Positions 42,535 to 54,900 of a DNA stretch of 64,000 nucleotides are shown here, piece after piece. The DNA is from Tubiluchus corallicola. Its lineage: Eukaryota > Animalia > Priapulida. The stretch is from contig JAQGDQ010000911.1 in the NCBI GenBank assembly GCA_030141605.1, positions 1-64,000 on the forward strand. Direction: 5' to 3'. The stretch's first letter is position 1, and each line of letters starts with the position of its first letter. The translations under genes and the position numbers were made by a program. The notes beneath the pieces are model-generated. The model saw nothing but the letters and a program-made list of their open reading frames with translations. It was not told where the DNA came from and did no database searches.

Positions 42535-45500
42535 CTGCCAAATAGACCAAAACAATAAACTAGAATAAATTGAAATAATTACATATTATTCATGTACAGC
42601 ACGTCTTCAAGAGATGTTCTAGTAAAGCAGGCAGTGTCGTGAAGTTCGTCTCATAATTACTTCGCGTTTGATTAACTTGACTTGTGAATATGACATCGTT
42701 TGTCTTCTTGCTCAACTCTCTTTCATAATTTTCCTCCTTTTTTAGGCTTGTTATAACATTGAAATAGCTTAAATTTCCCTCTAATCTTACTGTACTTATT
42801 TGCTTCTGAATGACCTTTTACATTAATAGTGTTCTAGTTTTCTGTATTTAAGCTGTGCAGGTCTACCTTGAACATTTAGACCTGTGGGCTAGCCAGGCTA
42901 ATTGTTCCACTGTGTTTTAGTATAGTGCTCTTTCAGTATTGATAATTATTATGTTATTTGATTCTGAATGACCTTTTACATTAATAGTGTTCTAGTTTTC
43001 TGTATTTAAGCTGTGTAAGACAGGTCTGCCTTGAACATTTAGACCTGTGGGCTACCCAGGCTATGCTCCGCTCCGCTGTGTTTTAGTATAGTGGTATTTT
43101 AGTATTGATAACAATTATGTTATTTGATTCTGTGATTGTACCTGCTAGTATATGGTTTCATAAGTGTTTCCAGTGTTAACAATTGTTATTAGTAGATAGA
43201 GAATTAGTGATGGATATCGATAGTGATACAAGTAACTAAAACACAGGATAATGAAGAAAGTCAAGTAACGGAAGACGCGAATATTATATTAATAGCATTA
43301 ATGAAAGAAAGACCTTTTTTATACGATCTAAGACGTAAAAAACATGAGGATAGGAACTTAGCAGAGGACTTTGTTGTGTTTTGTTTGTCTCGGAAGGCTC
43401 GTAGAGAAAACCAGAAAACACTTCGTCAAATTAAACTAGTTTATTAAGCGAGAATTCTACAACACAAAAGTATGAAGGAACGCGAAAGGGTTATGCTAAA
43501 CGTGAAAATCTGGAAAACGTTTAAGTGTATCTGAAAATACGAGTATACAAGAGAATGTGTAAGTGGCGTCCGTGCGAAATCTGCGTGTGTCTGTCAGCGG
43601 CCTGCTTTGCCTTATATAGGGTGCCAGGGAACATTCTAGACGTTTCTTTCTAGAACATTCTACAAGGTAAGACGATTATTCTAACGGAACATTCTACAAT
43701 GTTCTATTTAAGTCTAATAGATGCCAGCGATCTCCACAACAGACTTGCACTGAAACTGGAAACATAATCGGGATAAGTGGTGAAGGTTATCCAGGATATT
43801 GTGAAACCGGAAACACGATCGGGATAAGTGGTGAAGGTTATCCTGGATATTGTGAAACTGGAAACACGATCGGGATAAGTGGTGAAGGTTATCCTGGATA
43901 TTGTGAAACTGGAAACACGATCGGGATAAGTGGGGAAGGTAATCCAGGATATTGTGAAACCGGAAACACGATCGGGATAAGTGGTGAAGGTTATCCTGGA
44001 TATTGTGAAACTGGAAACACGATCGTGATAAGTGGTGAAGGTTATCCTGGATATTGTGAAACTGGAAACACGATCGGGATAAGTGGTGAAGGTTATCCTG
44101 GATATTGTGAAACTGGAAACATGATCGGGATAAGTGGTGAAGGTTATCCTGGATATTGTGAAACTGGAAACACGATCGTGATAAGTGGTGAAGGTTATCC
44201 TGGATATTGTGAAACTGGAAACACAATCGGGATAAGTGGTGAAGGTTATCCTGGATATTGTGAAACTGGAAACACGATCGGGATAAGTGGTGAAGGTTAT
44301 CCTGGATATTGTGAGACTGGAAACACGATCGGGATAAGTGGTGAAGGTTATCCTGGATATTTACAAGCCTATAAATATGTAATACTACAACGTTATAGCG
44401 ACACGAATAAAAATGCACGAATAAAAACGGACTCTGGCAAACGCCTTGCTAGTTACACAGGGCAAGGCACGTATCGCGGATTACGACATGCGCCTTACGG
44501 AAGATGGAAGGCGCCTTATGGCTTGCAGATTACAGCTTTCTTTGTGTGATACTAGCCTAAAAGAATTGTCACTATCGATTTCTAGTAACCCCGGAGCATT
44601 CCAGAGTCAAACTGCTATTATTTTATGCAGCCACTACCATCTGTTCACTAAACAGATGTCAATGTCAACAGTTTAATGTTGGACAGTATACCTTCTTCAG
44701 ATGTCATTGTCAACAGTTTAATGTTGGACAGTATACCTTCTTCAGATGTCAATGTCAACAGTTTAATGCTGGACAGTATACCTTCTTCATTTCTGAATGA
44801 CTGAGTGCCGTCCCAATCATAATAGATTTTCGACAAGCGCGCGAGGCAAACATCTGACGGACTCTAGTTGGTCGACACATCACTCCGGTCGCATCACTCA
44901 ACATGAATATGAGTTCATCTACATCTGTAACGATGAAAAAGTTTATTAAGAGTTGTCGTGAAATCATTGATAACTAGGAAGCATGAAGTCGTAAAATATC
45001 CAGTTTCTTTTCCAAAAGTATAACGGTTATTTTTTAGGCTAGCTACTGTAACAATACCATAGATATGGTTTGTGTAGATCAAAGATCTTGGTGATTGTTT
45101 ACGCGTGTTCTTCATTCTAGACTGTCATGCTCCTCTGATCTTCTTTGTTTAAGTTCCTAATTAGTATAATAAATACGACTTTATTATACACGCATTTGTC
45201 TGGTTGCTAATATTATTGAAGCGTGTAACATGGTGTCAGAAGTGGGATTGTGAAGTGAAAGTGAAGGTTTCCCCTCTTTGAGAACAGCTACTGAAGGTGA
45301 AGATTTCCCTTCTTTGAGAACAGCTACTGAAAGTGAAGGTTTCCCCTCTTTGATAACAGCTACTGAAAGTGAAGGTTTCCCCTCTTTGAGAACAGCTACT
45401 GAAAGTGAAGGTTTCCCTTCTTTGAGAACAGCTACTGAAAGTGAAGGTTTCCCCTCTTTTATAACAGCTACTGAAAGTGAAGGTTTCCCTTCTTGGAGAA

Positions 45501-45962
45501 CTTAGGTTCCTTACTAATTTAACTGTTTAGTACAGGGTAGAATGTTCGAGCATCTTGAAATATTTCTACGAATAGTTCATAATGTGCAGCTAATTGTTGC
45601 TGCTCTTTTCATATTTCTGAGCCAACTGATTTTTAATCCTTAGACAGACTGCCCTGTTATATTAATAAATTATATTTATATTTGTTAATATATGGTTTAG
45701 TCTAGTGGTAATGCGTCTGCTTTCCGTCTGGGAGGTCGTGAGTTCGATAGAGCGGTCGGGTCATACCAAAGACTTTAAAAATGGTACCTGCTGTTGCCCT
45801 GCCTGACGCGTGGTATTTAGGGTAAAAGTGGGGTAATAATAGTCTCTGTTATGTAGTTGTAGGTTGTTATTTACAGTCGGCTATAATAGCTCTTTGAGCT
45901 AATGTTAATTGTTGACCCAAAAACCGACTTTAAATAAAGATTATTATTATTATGATTATTAC

Positions 45963-45999
<37 letters not shown>

Positions 46000-48900
46000 G
46001 CTATTATTATTATACCAAGTATTTGTATGTCATTGACTTGTCAGCACCACTGGTGTAAAAGATGTTGTATAAACGGTTGTTTGATACTAAAAATTAGTTT
46101 TAAAAATGAATTGATTACACAGCTATTTTTTCACTGTAAGCTCTTATTGCAGGGGTGTGCAAATTATCTGACTAGCCGGGCCACATTAAACTTTCCCGCA
46201 ATTCCTGTGGGCCACATGCAGTTTGGTCAAAGAGCCAAGTACAGTAGGACCTGATAACGATTTTTCTGCATCTGATCTGTCACATCATTACTACTGCACT
46301 ACTACACTCAAGAAACTATTTTAGAAGTTATTAAAATTTATATTAAAGACCATCATGTCCGACAGTGACATTAAGTGACAACGGTCTTGTAAGGGTTAAT
46401 GCCATCTGATCTAGAGGAAAAATCTACCCGCACTATCTTTGCGACATTGGTGCAGACTTCAGCTGGATCGCGTGGGCCGCACTTTCATTACGTTGACAAA
46501 CCTCTTCGCGGGCCGCACAAGATCTCTTGGCGGGCCGCAAGTGGCCCGCGAGCCGCAATTTGCACACCCCTGTCTTATTGAGTATTTATTTATTATAATG
46601 TATTCCAAAAGTAAGATTTTAATGAAGCGACTAACTTTAAGTTTGCACACGTAACTGAACCCGAAGAGTTCACTGTGTGGAATCTCAGGTAGTGAATTAT
46701 ACTGAATTCTACAATATGCCTGATCAATATGAAGCTTGGATTACAATATGAAGTATCACAAAGAGACCGAAGCCATCACACTGTCAAACAGACCTTCCTT
46801 TCCAAATGTCCAATAACCACTGATAGGTGTCGCCACTAATCGTGCTCTTTTGCCGGCTGGTCTGTCTTCGTCAACGTCGATGTCGAAACCGTTTCGGTGA
46901 AATATTTCCAAATTATCCATTAAGATGCACTCATTAGCTACTGTCAGCTCAAGGTTCTTCGGACTAGAAAGAAAACAAGTAGGTATAGCTGCCCTTTCAT
47001 TCCACAGAAACTCCCGTGTTTAATTTTAAAATCCAACTTTAAAAAACTTGCACTGATTTCAACATCACATCATTAGCTATTGATGTTATGTTCCTCATCA
47101 CATCATTAGCTATTGATGTTATGTTCCTCATCACATCATTAGCTATTGATGTTATGTTCCTCATCGCATCATTAGCTATTGATGTTATGTTCCTCATCAC
47201 ATCATTAGCTATTGATGTTATGTTCCTCATCACATCATTAGCTATTGATGTTATGTTCCTCATCACATCATTAGCTATTGATGTTGTGTTCCTCATCACA
47301 TCATTAGCTATTGATGTTGTGTTCCTCATCACATCATTAGCTATTGATGTTGTGTTCCTCATCACATCATTAGCTATTGATGTTATGTTCCTCATCACAT
47401 CATTAGCTATTGATGTTATGTTCCTCATCACATCATTAGCTATTGATGTTCGCATCATTAGCTATTGATGTTATGTTCCTCATCGCGTCATTAGCTATTG
47501 ATGTTATGTTCCTCATCGCGTCATTAGCTATTGATGTTATGTTCCTCATCGCGTCATTAGCTATTGATGTTATGTTCCTCATCGCTTCATTAGCTATTGA
47601 TGTTATGTTCCTCATCACATCATTAGCTATTGATGTTATGTTCCTCATCGCATCATTAGCTATTGATGTCATGTTCCTCATCACATCATTAGCTATTGAT
47701 GTCGTGTTCTCCATCACATCATTAGCTATTGATGTTATGTTCCTCATCACATCATTAGCTATTGATGTTATGTTCCTCATCGCATCATTAGCTATTGATG
47801 TTATGTTCCTCATCGCATTATTAGATGTTGATGTTACGTTCCTCATCACATCATTAGCTATTGATGTTATGTTCCTCATCACATCATTAGCTATTGATGT
47901 TATGTTCCTCATCGCGTCATTAGCTATTGATGTTATGTTCCTCATCGCATCATTAGCTATTGATGTCATGTTCCTCATCGCGTCATTAGCTATTGATGTT
48001 ATGTTCCTCATCACATCATTAGCTATTGATGTCGTGTTCTCCATCACATCATTAGCTATTGATGTTATGTTCCCATCACATCATTAGCTATTGATGTTAT
48101 GTTCCTCATCGCGTCATTAGCTATTGATGTTATGTTCCTCATCGCATCATTAGCTATTGATGTCATGTTCCTCATCACATCATTAGCTATTGATGTCGTG
48201 TTCTCCATCACATCATTAGCTATTGATGTTATGTTCCTCATCACATCATTAGCTATTGATGTTATGTTCCTCATCGCATCATTAGCTATTGATGTTATGT
48301 TCCTCATCGCATTATTAGATGTTGATGTTACGTTCCTCATCACATCATTAGCTATTGATGTTATGTTCCTCATCACATCATTAGCTATTGATGTTATGTT
48401 CCTCATCGCGTCATTAGCTATTGATGTTATGTTCCTCATCGCATCATTAGCTATTGATGTCATGTTCCTCATCACATCATTAGCTATTGATGTCGTGTTC
48501 TCAATCACATCATTAGCTATTGATGTTATGTTCCTCATCACATCATTAGCTATTGATGTTATGTTCCTCATCGCATCATTAGCTATTGATGTTATGTTCC
48601 TCATCGCATTATTAGATGTTGATGTTACGTTCCTCATCACATCATTAGCTATTGATGTTATGTTCCTCATCACATCATTAGCTATTGATGTTATGTTCCT
48701 CATCGCGTCATTAGCTATTGATGTTATGTTCCTCATCGCGTCATTAGCTATTGATGTTATGTTCCTCATCGCATCATTAGCTATTGATGTCATGTTCCTC
48801 ATCACATCATTAGCTATTGATGTCGTGTTCTCCATCACATCATTAGCTATTGATGTTATGTTCCTCATCGCATCATTAGCTATTGATGTTATGTTCCTCA

Positions 48901-51900
48901 TCGCATTATTAGATGTTGATGTTATGTTCCTCATCACATCATTAGCTATTGATGTTATGTTCCTCATCACATCATTAGCTATTGATGTTATGTTCTCCAT
49001 CACATCATTAGCTATTGATGTTATGTTCCTCATCGCATCATTAGCTATTGATGTGATGTTCCTCATCGCATCATTAGCTATTGATGTCATGTTCCTCATC
49101 ACATCATTAGCTATTGATGTCATGTTCCTCATCGCATCATTAGCTATTGATGTTATGTTCCTCATCGCATTATTAGATGTTGATGTTATGTTCCTCATCG
49201 CATCATTAGCTATTGATGTTATGTTCCTCATCACATCATTAGCTATTGATGTTATGTTCTCCATCACATCATTAGCTATTGATGTTATGTTCCTCATCGC
49301 ATCATTAGCTATTGATGTGATGTTCCTCATCGCATCATTAGCTATTGATGTCATGTTCCTCATCACATCATTAGCTATTGATGTCATGTTCCTCATCGCA
49401 TCATTAGATGTTGATGTTACGTTCCTCATCACATCATTAGCTATTGATGTTACGTTCCTCATCACATCATTAGCTATTGATGTTATGTTCCTCATCGCGT
49501 CATTAGCTATTGATGTTATGTTCCTCATCGCATCATTAGCTATTGATGTCATGTTCCTCATCACATCATTAGCTATTGATGTCGTGTTCTCCATCACATC
49601 ATTAGCTATTGATGTCGTGTTCTCCATCACATCATTAGCTATTGATGTTATGTTCCTCATCACATCATTAGCTATTGATGTTATGTTCCTCATCGCATCA
49701 TTAGCTATTGATGTTATGTTCTTCATCGCATTATTAGATGTTGATGTTACGTTCCTCATCACATCATTAGCTATTGATGTTATGTTCCTCATCACATCAT
49801 TAGCTATTGATGTTATGTTCCTCATCGCGTCATTAGCTATTGATGTTATGTTCCTCATCGCATCATTAGCTATTGATGTTATGTTCCTCATCGCATCATT
49901 AGCTATTGATGTTATGTTCCTCATCACATCATTAGCTATTGATGTTATGTTCCTCATCGCGTCATTAGCTATTGATGTTATGTTCCTCATCGCATCATTA
50001 GCTATTGATGTTATGTTCCTCATCGCATCATTAGCTATTGATGTTATGTTCCTCATCGCATCATTAGCTATTGATGTCATGTTCCTCATCACATCATTAG
50101 CTATTGATGTCGTGTTCTCCATCACATCATTAGCTATTGATGTTATGTTCCTCATCACATCATTAGCTATTGATGTTATGTTCTCCATCACATCATTAGC
50201 TATTGATGTTATGTTCCTCATCGCATCATTAGCTATTGATGTTATGTTCCTCATCGCATCATTAGCTATTGATGTCATGTTCCTCATCACATCATTAGCT
50301 ATTGATGTTATGTTCCTCATCGCATCATTAGATGTTGATGTTATGTTCCTCATCACATCGTTAGCTATTGATGTTATGTTCCTCATCACATCATTAGCTA
50401 TTGATGTTATGTTCCTCAGACAAGAGACTGACTTCCTAATTAACATAAACACGAGTGATGATCAGAAATTAAAGTTGTTAATGAAGTACCACTTTAAGCA
50501 ACACCTCTTGCCATGTCTAATGTCACAAGTCGTTTAAATTCAAAGATTGCACCTCTTGTCTTCAAAGCTTATTAAAGCAGATCATGAATGTCTTATGCGA
50601 CACGAATACAGTCAACCTCGGGTATATGGACACTCGTTTATAATGGACCACCGACACCGGTCCCGATTTTTCGTAACGTTTTCCCTATGTAAAAATTTTC
50701 GTATATAAGATACACGGCTATAAGGAATGATATCTTCAGGTCCGGCATAATAGAAACCCAGGTAAATTACTTCGTGTATAATGAACCCTGTGATCAAAGC
50801 GAAATTGATCGATTTTTAACCTCAATTTTCCGCAAACTCGGCCTTCGAACAGCTCAGTTTCCGGGATCACATACATCTCGCATCACTGAAGGAGCTTCCT
50901 ACATACCGTTTGCACTGAATGTGTAGCAATAATCCATAAAAATATGGGTAAAAGTATAGAAAAGTACAGGTCTAGATACACCCTCGGTCTAACTCAACTT
51001 CAGCTATAAGGGACATCGGATATAAGGGACAGTTTTTTCCGGTCCCCAGGTGTCCCTTATATCCGAGGTTGACTGTAACTTCACATCAAATGTTTAGCTA
51101 AGAACAAATAGGAGCTTGGCCTGTATCTACCTGCCTCAAACTCTCAGTATCAAAAATATTGCAGCACTTTGTACGCCTACAGTAACTAAACGACATTGTT
51201 GTTTTGGAAAAATACCTGATTAGTTTTTGGCTTTTGATGCAGGTATGTCTCTGCAGCTGCTCAAAATTGTATTTTTCATCAGATGCGTGTTGATCCACAA
51301 TAAAAAGTTCCTGGTCCAGCTTTGCTACGATGAACCCTAGATTGAACTACAAAGATATCCAAATGTGAAAAATTGTGTGAATGGACCTTAAAGGGAACAA
51401 CGGGGAATAGATCAGCGACCACGGAATGCTTTTAGTGACTAAAATTTAAAGGAAAACCGGATGATTGTTTAGACTCAATCTCATTTTAATTTACTGTCCA
51501 AAATATACATTTTCTTGTCTATAATAGTTGGCAATTGTTTCTTATATTTGAGTAATTAGCTTAGAAAATTAATTAAAGGCAACCGAACACAGCTATTGCT
51601 TACGTCAGAAACTAACCACAGTTTGTGCAATGGCAGGCGTCTTCCCTTGTGCATCAAGCATATTTGCATAATGGTTACAGTACAGTTTAAACGCGTGATG
51701 TCACAAAAAATGGGCTTTACATCCTAAGACGTCAGAAACTAACACTACAGTTCATGATCATGCTTATTACGGTACCACCTTCTATTTGTCGGCCACGCCG
51801 CTGCCAATCTTAATGGATTCACTGAGCCGCGAGTAGCTTTGAAAGTTTAACGAAATTTGACTATCCGAGGTAATTATTGTTTAATCTAAGCTTTGATTTA

Positions 51901-54900
51901 AAAAAAGCTATTGCAGTTTTCAATATTTTCTTTATTCTGAACTAATGTTTAGATAATCATCCGGTTTTCCTTTAATGCATTGATACAAAAAATCGAAAAG
52001 GTAAGATTTAGTACGAGTTATGCTTCTTTTTATACTTTGCAAAAGCCATTTTTCGCATTCTGTATAAATCCTATTTATTAAACAAACCGTCTAGGTAAAG
52101 TGCTTGAAAATGTCGTAGCAAAAACGTTTATTTCACATTTATCCGGAAATGCATAGGTATAATTTGAATGCCTAGAAATTTCGTAGATTGTCTAAATTTT
52201 ACATATTGTTTGTAACATATGCAGTATATTTATATAAGGCCAGAGCATCTGTAAATGCTGTACAGTTTGACAGGAGGAAGCGCACGAACACGAAGCTTTA
52301 TCACTACGTCCAATTTGTTGCGGGAAAGCATTGGAATCACTTTGACCCAATAGGAAACCACAACAAATTCATTCTTTATTCTGAACTAATGTTTACACAA
52401 TTATCCGGTTTTCATTTAATGGAATCAAAATGTCGCAATTAATTTTTTTTAGAATTCTGTTAATATAGTCAACCCTCGTTAAACCGGACTAATTGGGGGT
52501 GGGGGGGTGTATGGTCCGGTTATCCGATATGCCTATATATGGTCATATTATACAGAAATAATCACCTTAATAAGGCCTATATACATTGTACTATATACTG
52601 TGCGCTATATACTATACTGTATATTACATTGCACTATATACTGTGCGCTATATACTATACTGTATATTACTTTAAAATAGTTAACCTGTGAGGATAAAGA
52701 AATTATTGTACAGTTGGTAGGCCGTGTCGTGTTTAGCGCTCGGGCTCGGTCGTAAATCGGTCAGTTTCCTTTACCACGGATGACGTCCGTCTTATCCGAT
52801 ATCCGGGCTAACGGGGTCCGGTTTAACGAGGTTCGACTGTACTCCTCATATCAAACTCGATATGAAAGTTTACTTGCACATTTGCATTATCAATTATTCA
52901 TAAATACACTCAATTAAGTACTTTGGAAATGTATGCGCACTTGATGTATAAAAAACAACGTATCGCGTACGTTGCAGACCTAGTCATTTTCAAGTGCACT
53001 CACATCCTACATATTAAACACTTACTTGTCCTATAACTTGCATCTTCTGAAAACTGTCCTGTGATAACTGACGAGTTAACTCACTCTCGGCGGTACTGTT
53101 ATCAGACGGCGCAATTTTTGCGCGAAAATTTCTAACCAATGACCGCCGCTGCGATGAAACTCTGTGATGACTTTTCCTTTCACTCATTTTTTGTCTCAGT
53201 TCATCCATTGAAAACGAAACCACTTTCACTCTACAATACAAAATAAAGTAACTAGTGATCCATGTCACAAAATAAAGTATCTAGTGATCCATGTCACAAA
53301 ATAAAACATCTAGTGATCCATGTCACAAAATAAAGTATCTAGTGATCCATGTCACAAAATAAAACATCTAGTGATCGATGTCGGTGTGTTTTCAATCGTA
53401 GCTGGTCTGTTCACAATGTGCCGGAAATACCAGTGCAGGTGGTAGTGATGGGGAGGGGGGGAGGGGGGGGTGGCGAGGGGGAGCGTCTGTACCAGAAAGC
53501 GAATTCGAATCGAGTCGAATTTGTGATTTTTGAACTGCAAATAAATTGAATTTTGAGGTTTTTTGAAATCAGTTTTAAAGATTTTCAAACCACTAATAAA
53601 ACATCACGCGTATCACTTTATTTTCTTCCGCAGTAAAAATACTAATAATTTGCTAAATTGTGCGATGAAATCACAGCTAAATTGTGTTGATTGTACGATG
53701 TTTCAAACGTTTTAATGATAAAGAATGTGTGCAGTTTGAAGTACTGAATTATTCGAATCTATAATTTTACGTTTGAATCGAATAAGAACTGAAAAAAGCT
53801 TGTTCAAACTCGAACGTTCGATGCCCACCCCTAATGGCGATACAGTGATATCGACGCACACAGTCAAATAATGCAGAGTAAATTTCTATCACTGCAATCT
53901 TCAGTTTGACAGTGTTAATGAAACTGAACTCCAAGAGACTGTAAGTTAACAAACTGTTAATTCTTCGCAGGGGCGTATTAACCAACAGTCTAACTACGCT
54001 ATAGCCTAGGGTGCCAAAGTTTGAGGGGCGTCACATTTTAGAAGAAAATCTTGTTCTCCTCGGAAAATGTGTATACTTTCATATTCATGTAAAGGGCGCA
54101 TTTTATAACACACCACAGGCAGTTACTAACCGCAACTTTTATATAAATGCCACATGACGAACAGGTGCAAGGTATAACACAACAAGCAGTTACACAGCCT
54201 GCTTGAATATAAGCGCTATACAAATACATGTAATTAATAATGACCAAGTAGAAACTAGGTTAATAGTGTTTCTAACCACAAGTAATTGTTTAACCTGCTC
54301 ATTACATAAGCAACCATAAGTTCACAATACAGATAGGCGGGACAGGACCATCAGTCCAGGGCGTCGTACAGGCTTGCGCTCCCCGGATCCTTCCAAAAAT
54401 AGCCAGCACAAAGTGTTCCCATTTAACACTCTCCACAAGCTGATTGATGTGACAATAGTTTAACAGATTGCTTTGCATTTCAACAGATAGTTTCGCAAGA
54501 CTTCAAATTTTTTTAGCCTCTCTACTACTTGCAAATTCTAAAACATTTTTGCTTTATTTGAAATTAAAAGGAGAATACATAAGTACAGTATAGCCTCCCA
54601 ATTTTTCATAGGGACATCATATTCAAGAGTTTATTCATTTCGACATTGCATCTTACAATTATCATTAAAATACAGATAATTATCCATTTAAGTAAATATA
54701 AATATAAATAAATGCAGTATTATCGAGAAATTACAAAATGCAGCATATACATATGAAAATTACATTACAGAATAATTTTGATGCATACAGTTTGCGCCTA
54801 AAAGCATAGTTTGACAGGCCAAACTGTATGTGGAAGTCTTAAAAAAAAGATTAATAATTGAAATAATGAATAATGATAATATATACATAAAAGTGGGGGG

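Noticed and set aside
43714-44549. Repeat proteins from the 51-bp array (234 aa minus, 174 aa plus)
   Set aside because: A unit length divisible by 3 explains the open frames; flanks are LTR/TE sequence
45693-45765. Functional tRNA gene
   Set aside because: Acceptor and T stems do not close, and it continues into a SINE core and (ATT)n tail
47039-50452. Type I antifreeze protein (11-residue Thr periodicity)
   Set aside because: Not Ala-rich, frameshifts within the array, no signal peptide, lies in a PMS2 intron; kept only as a low-probability finding
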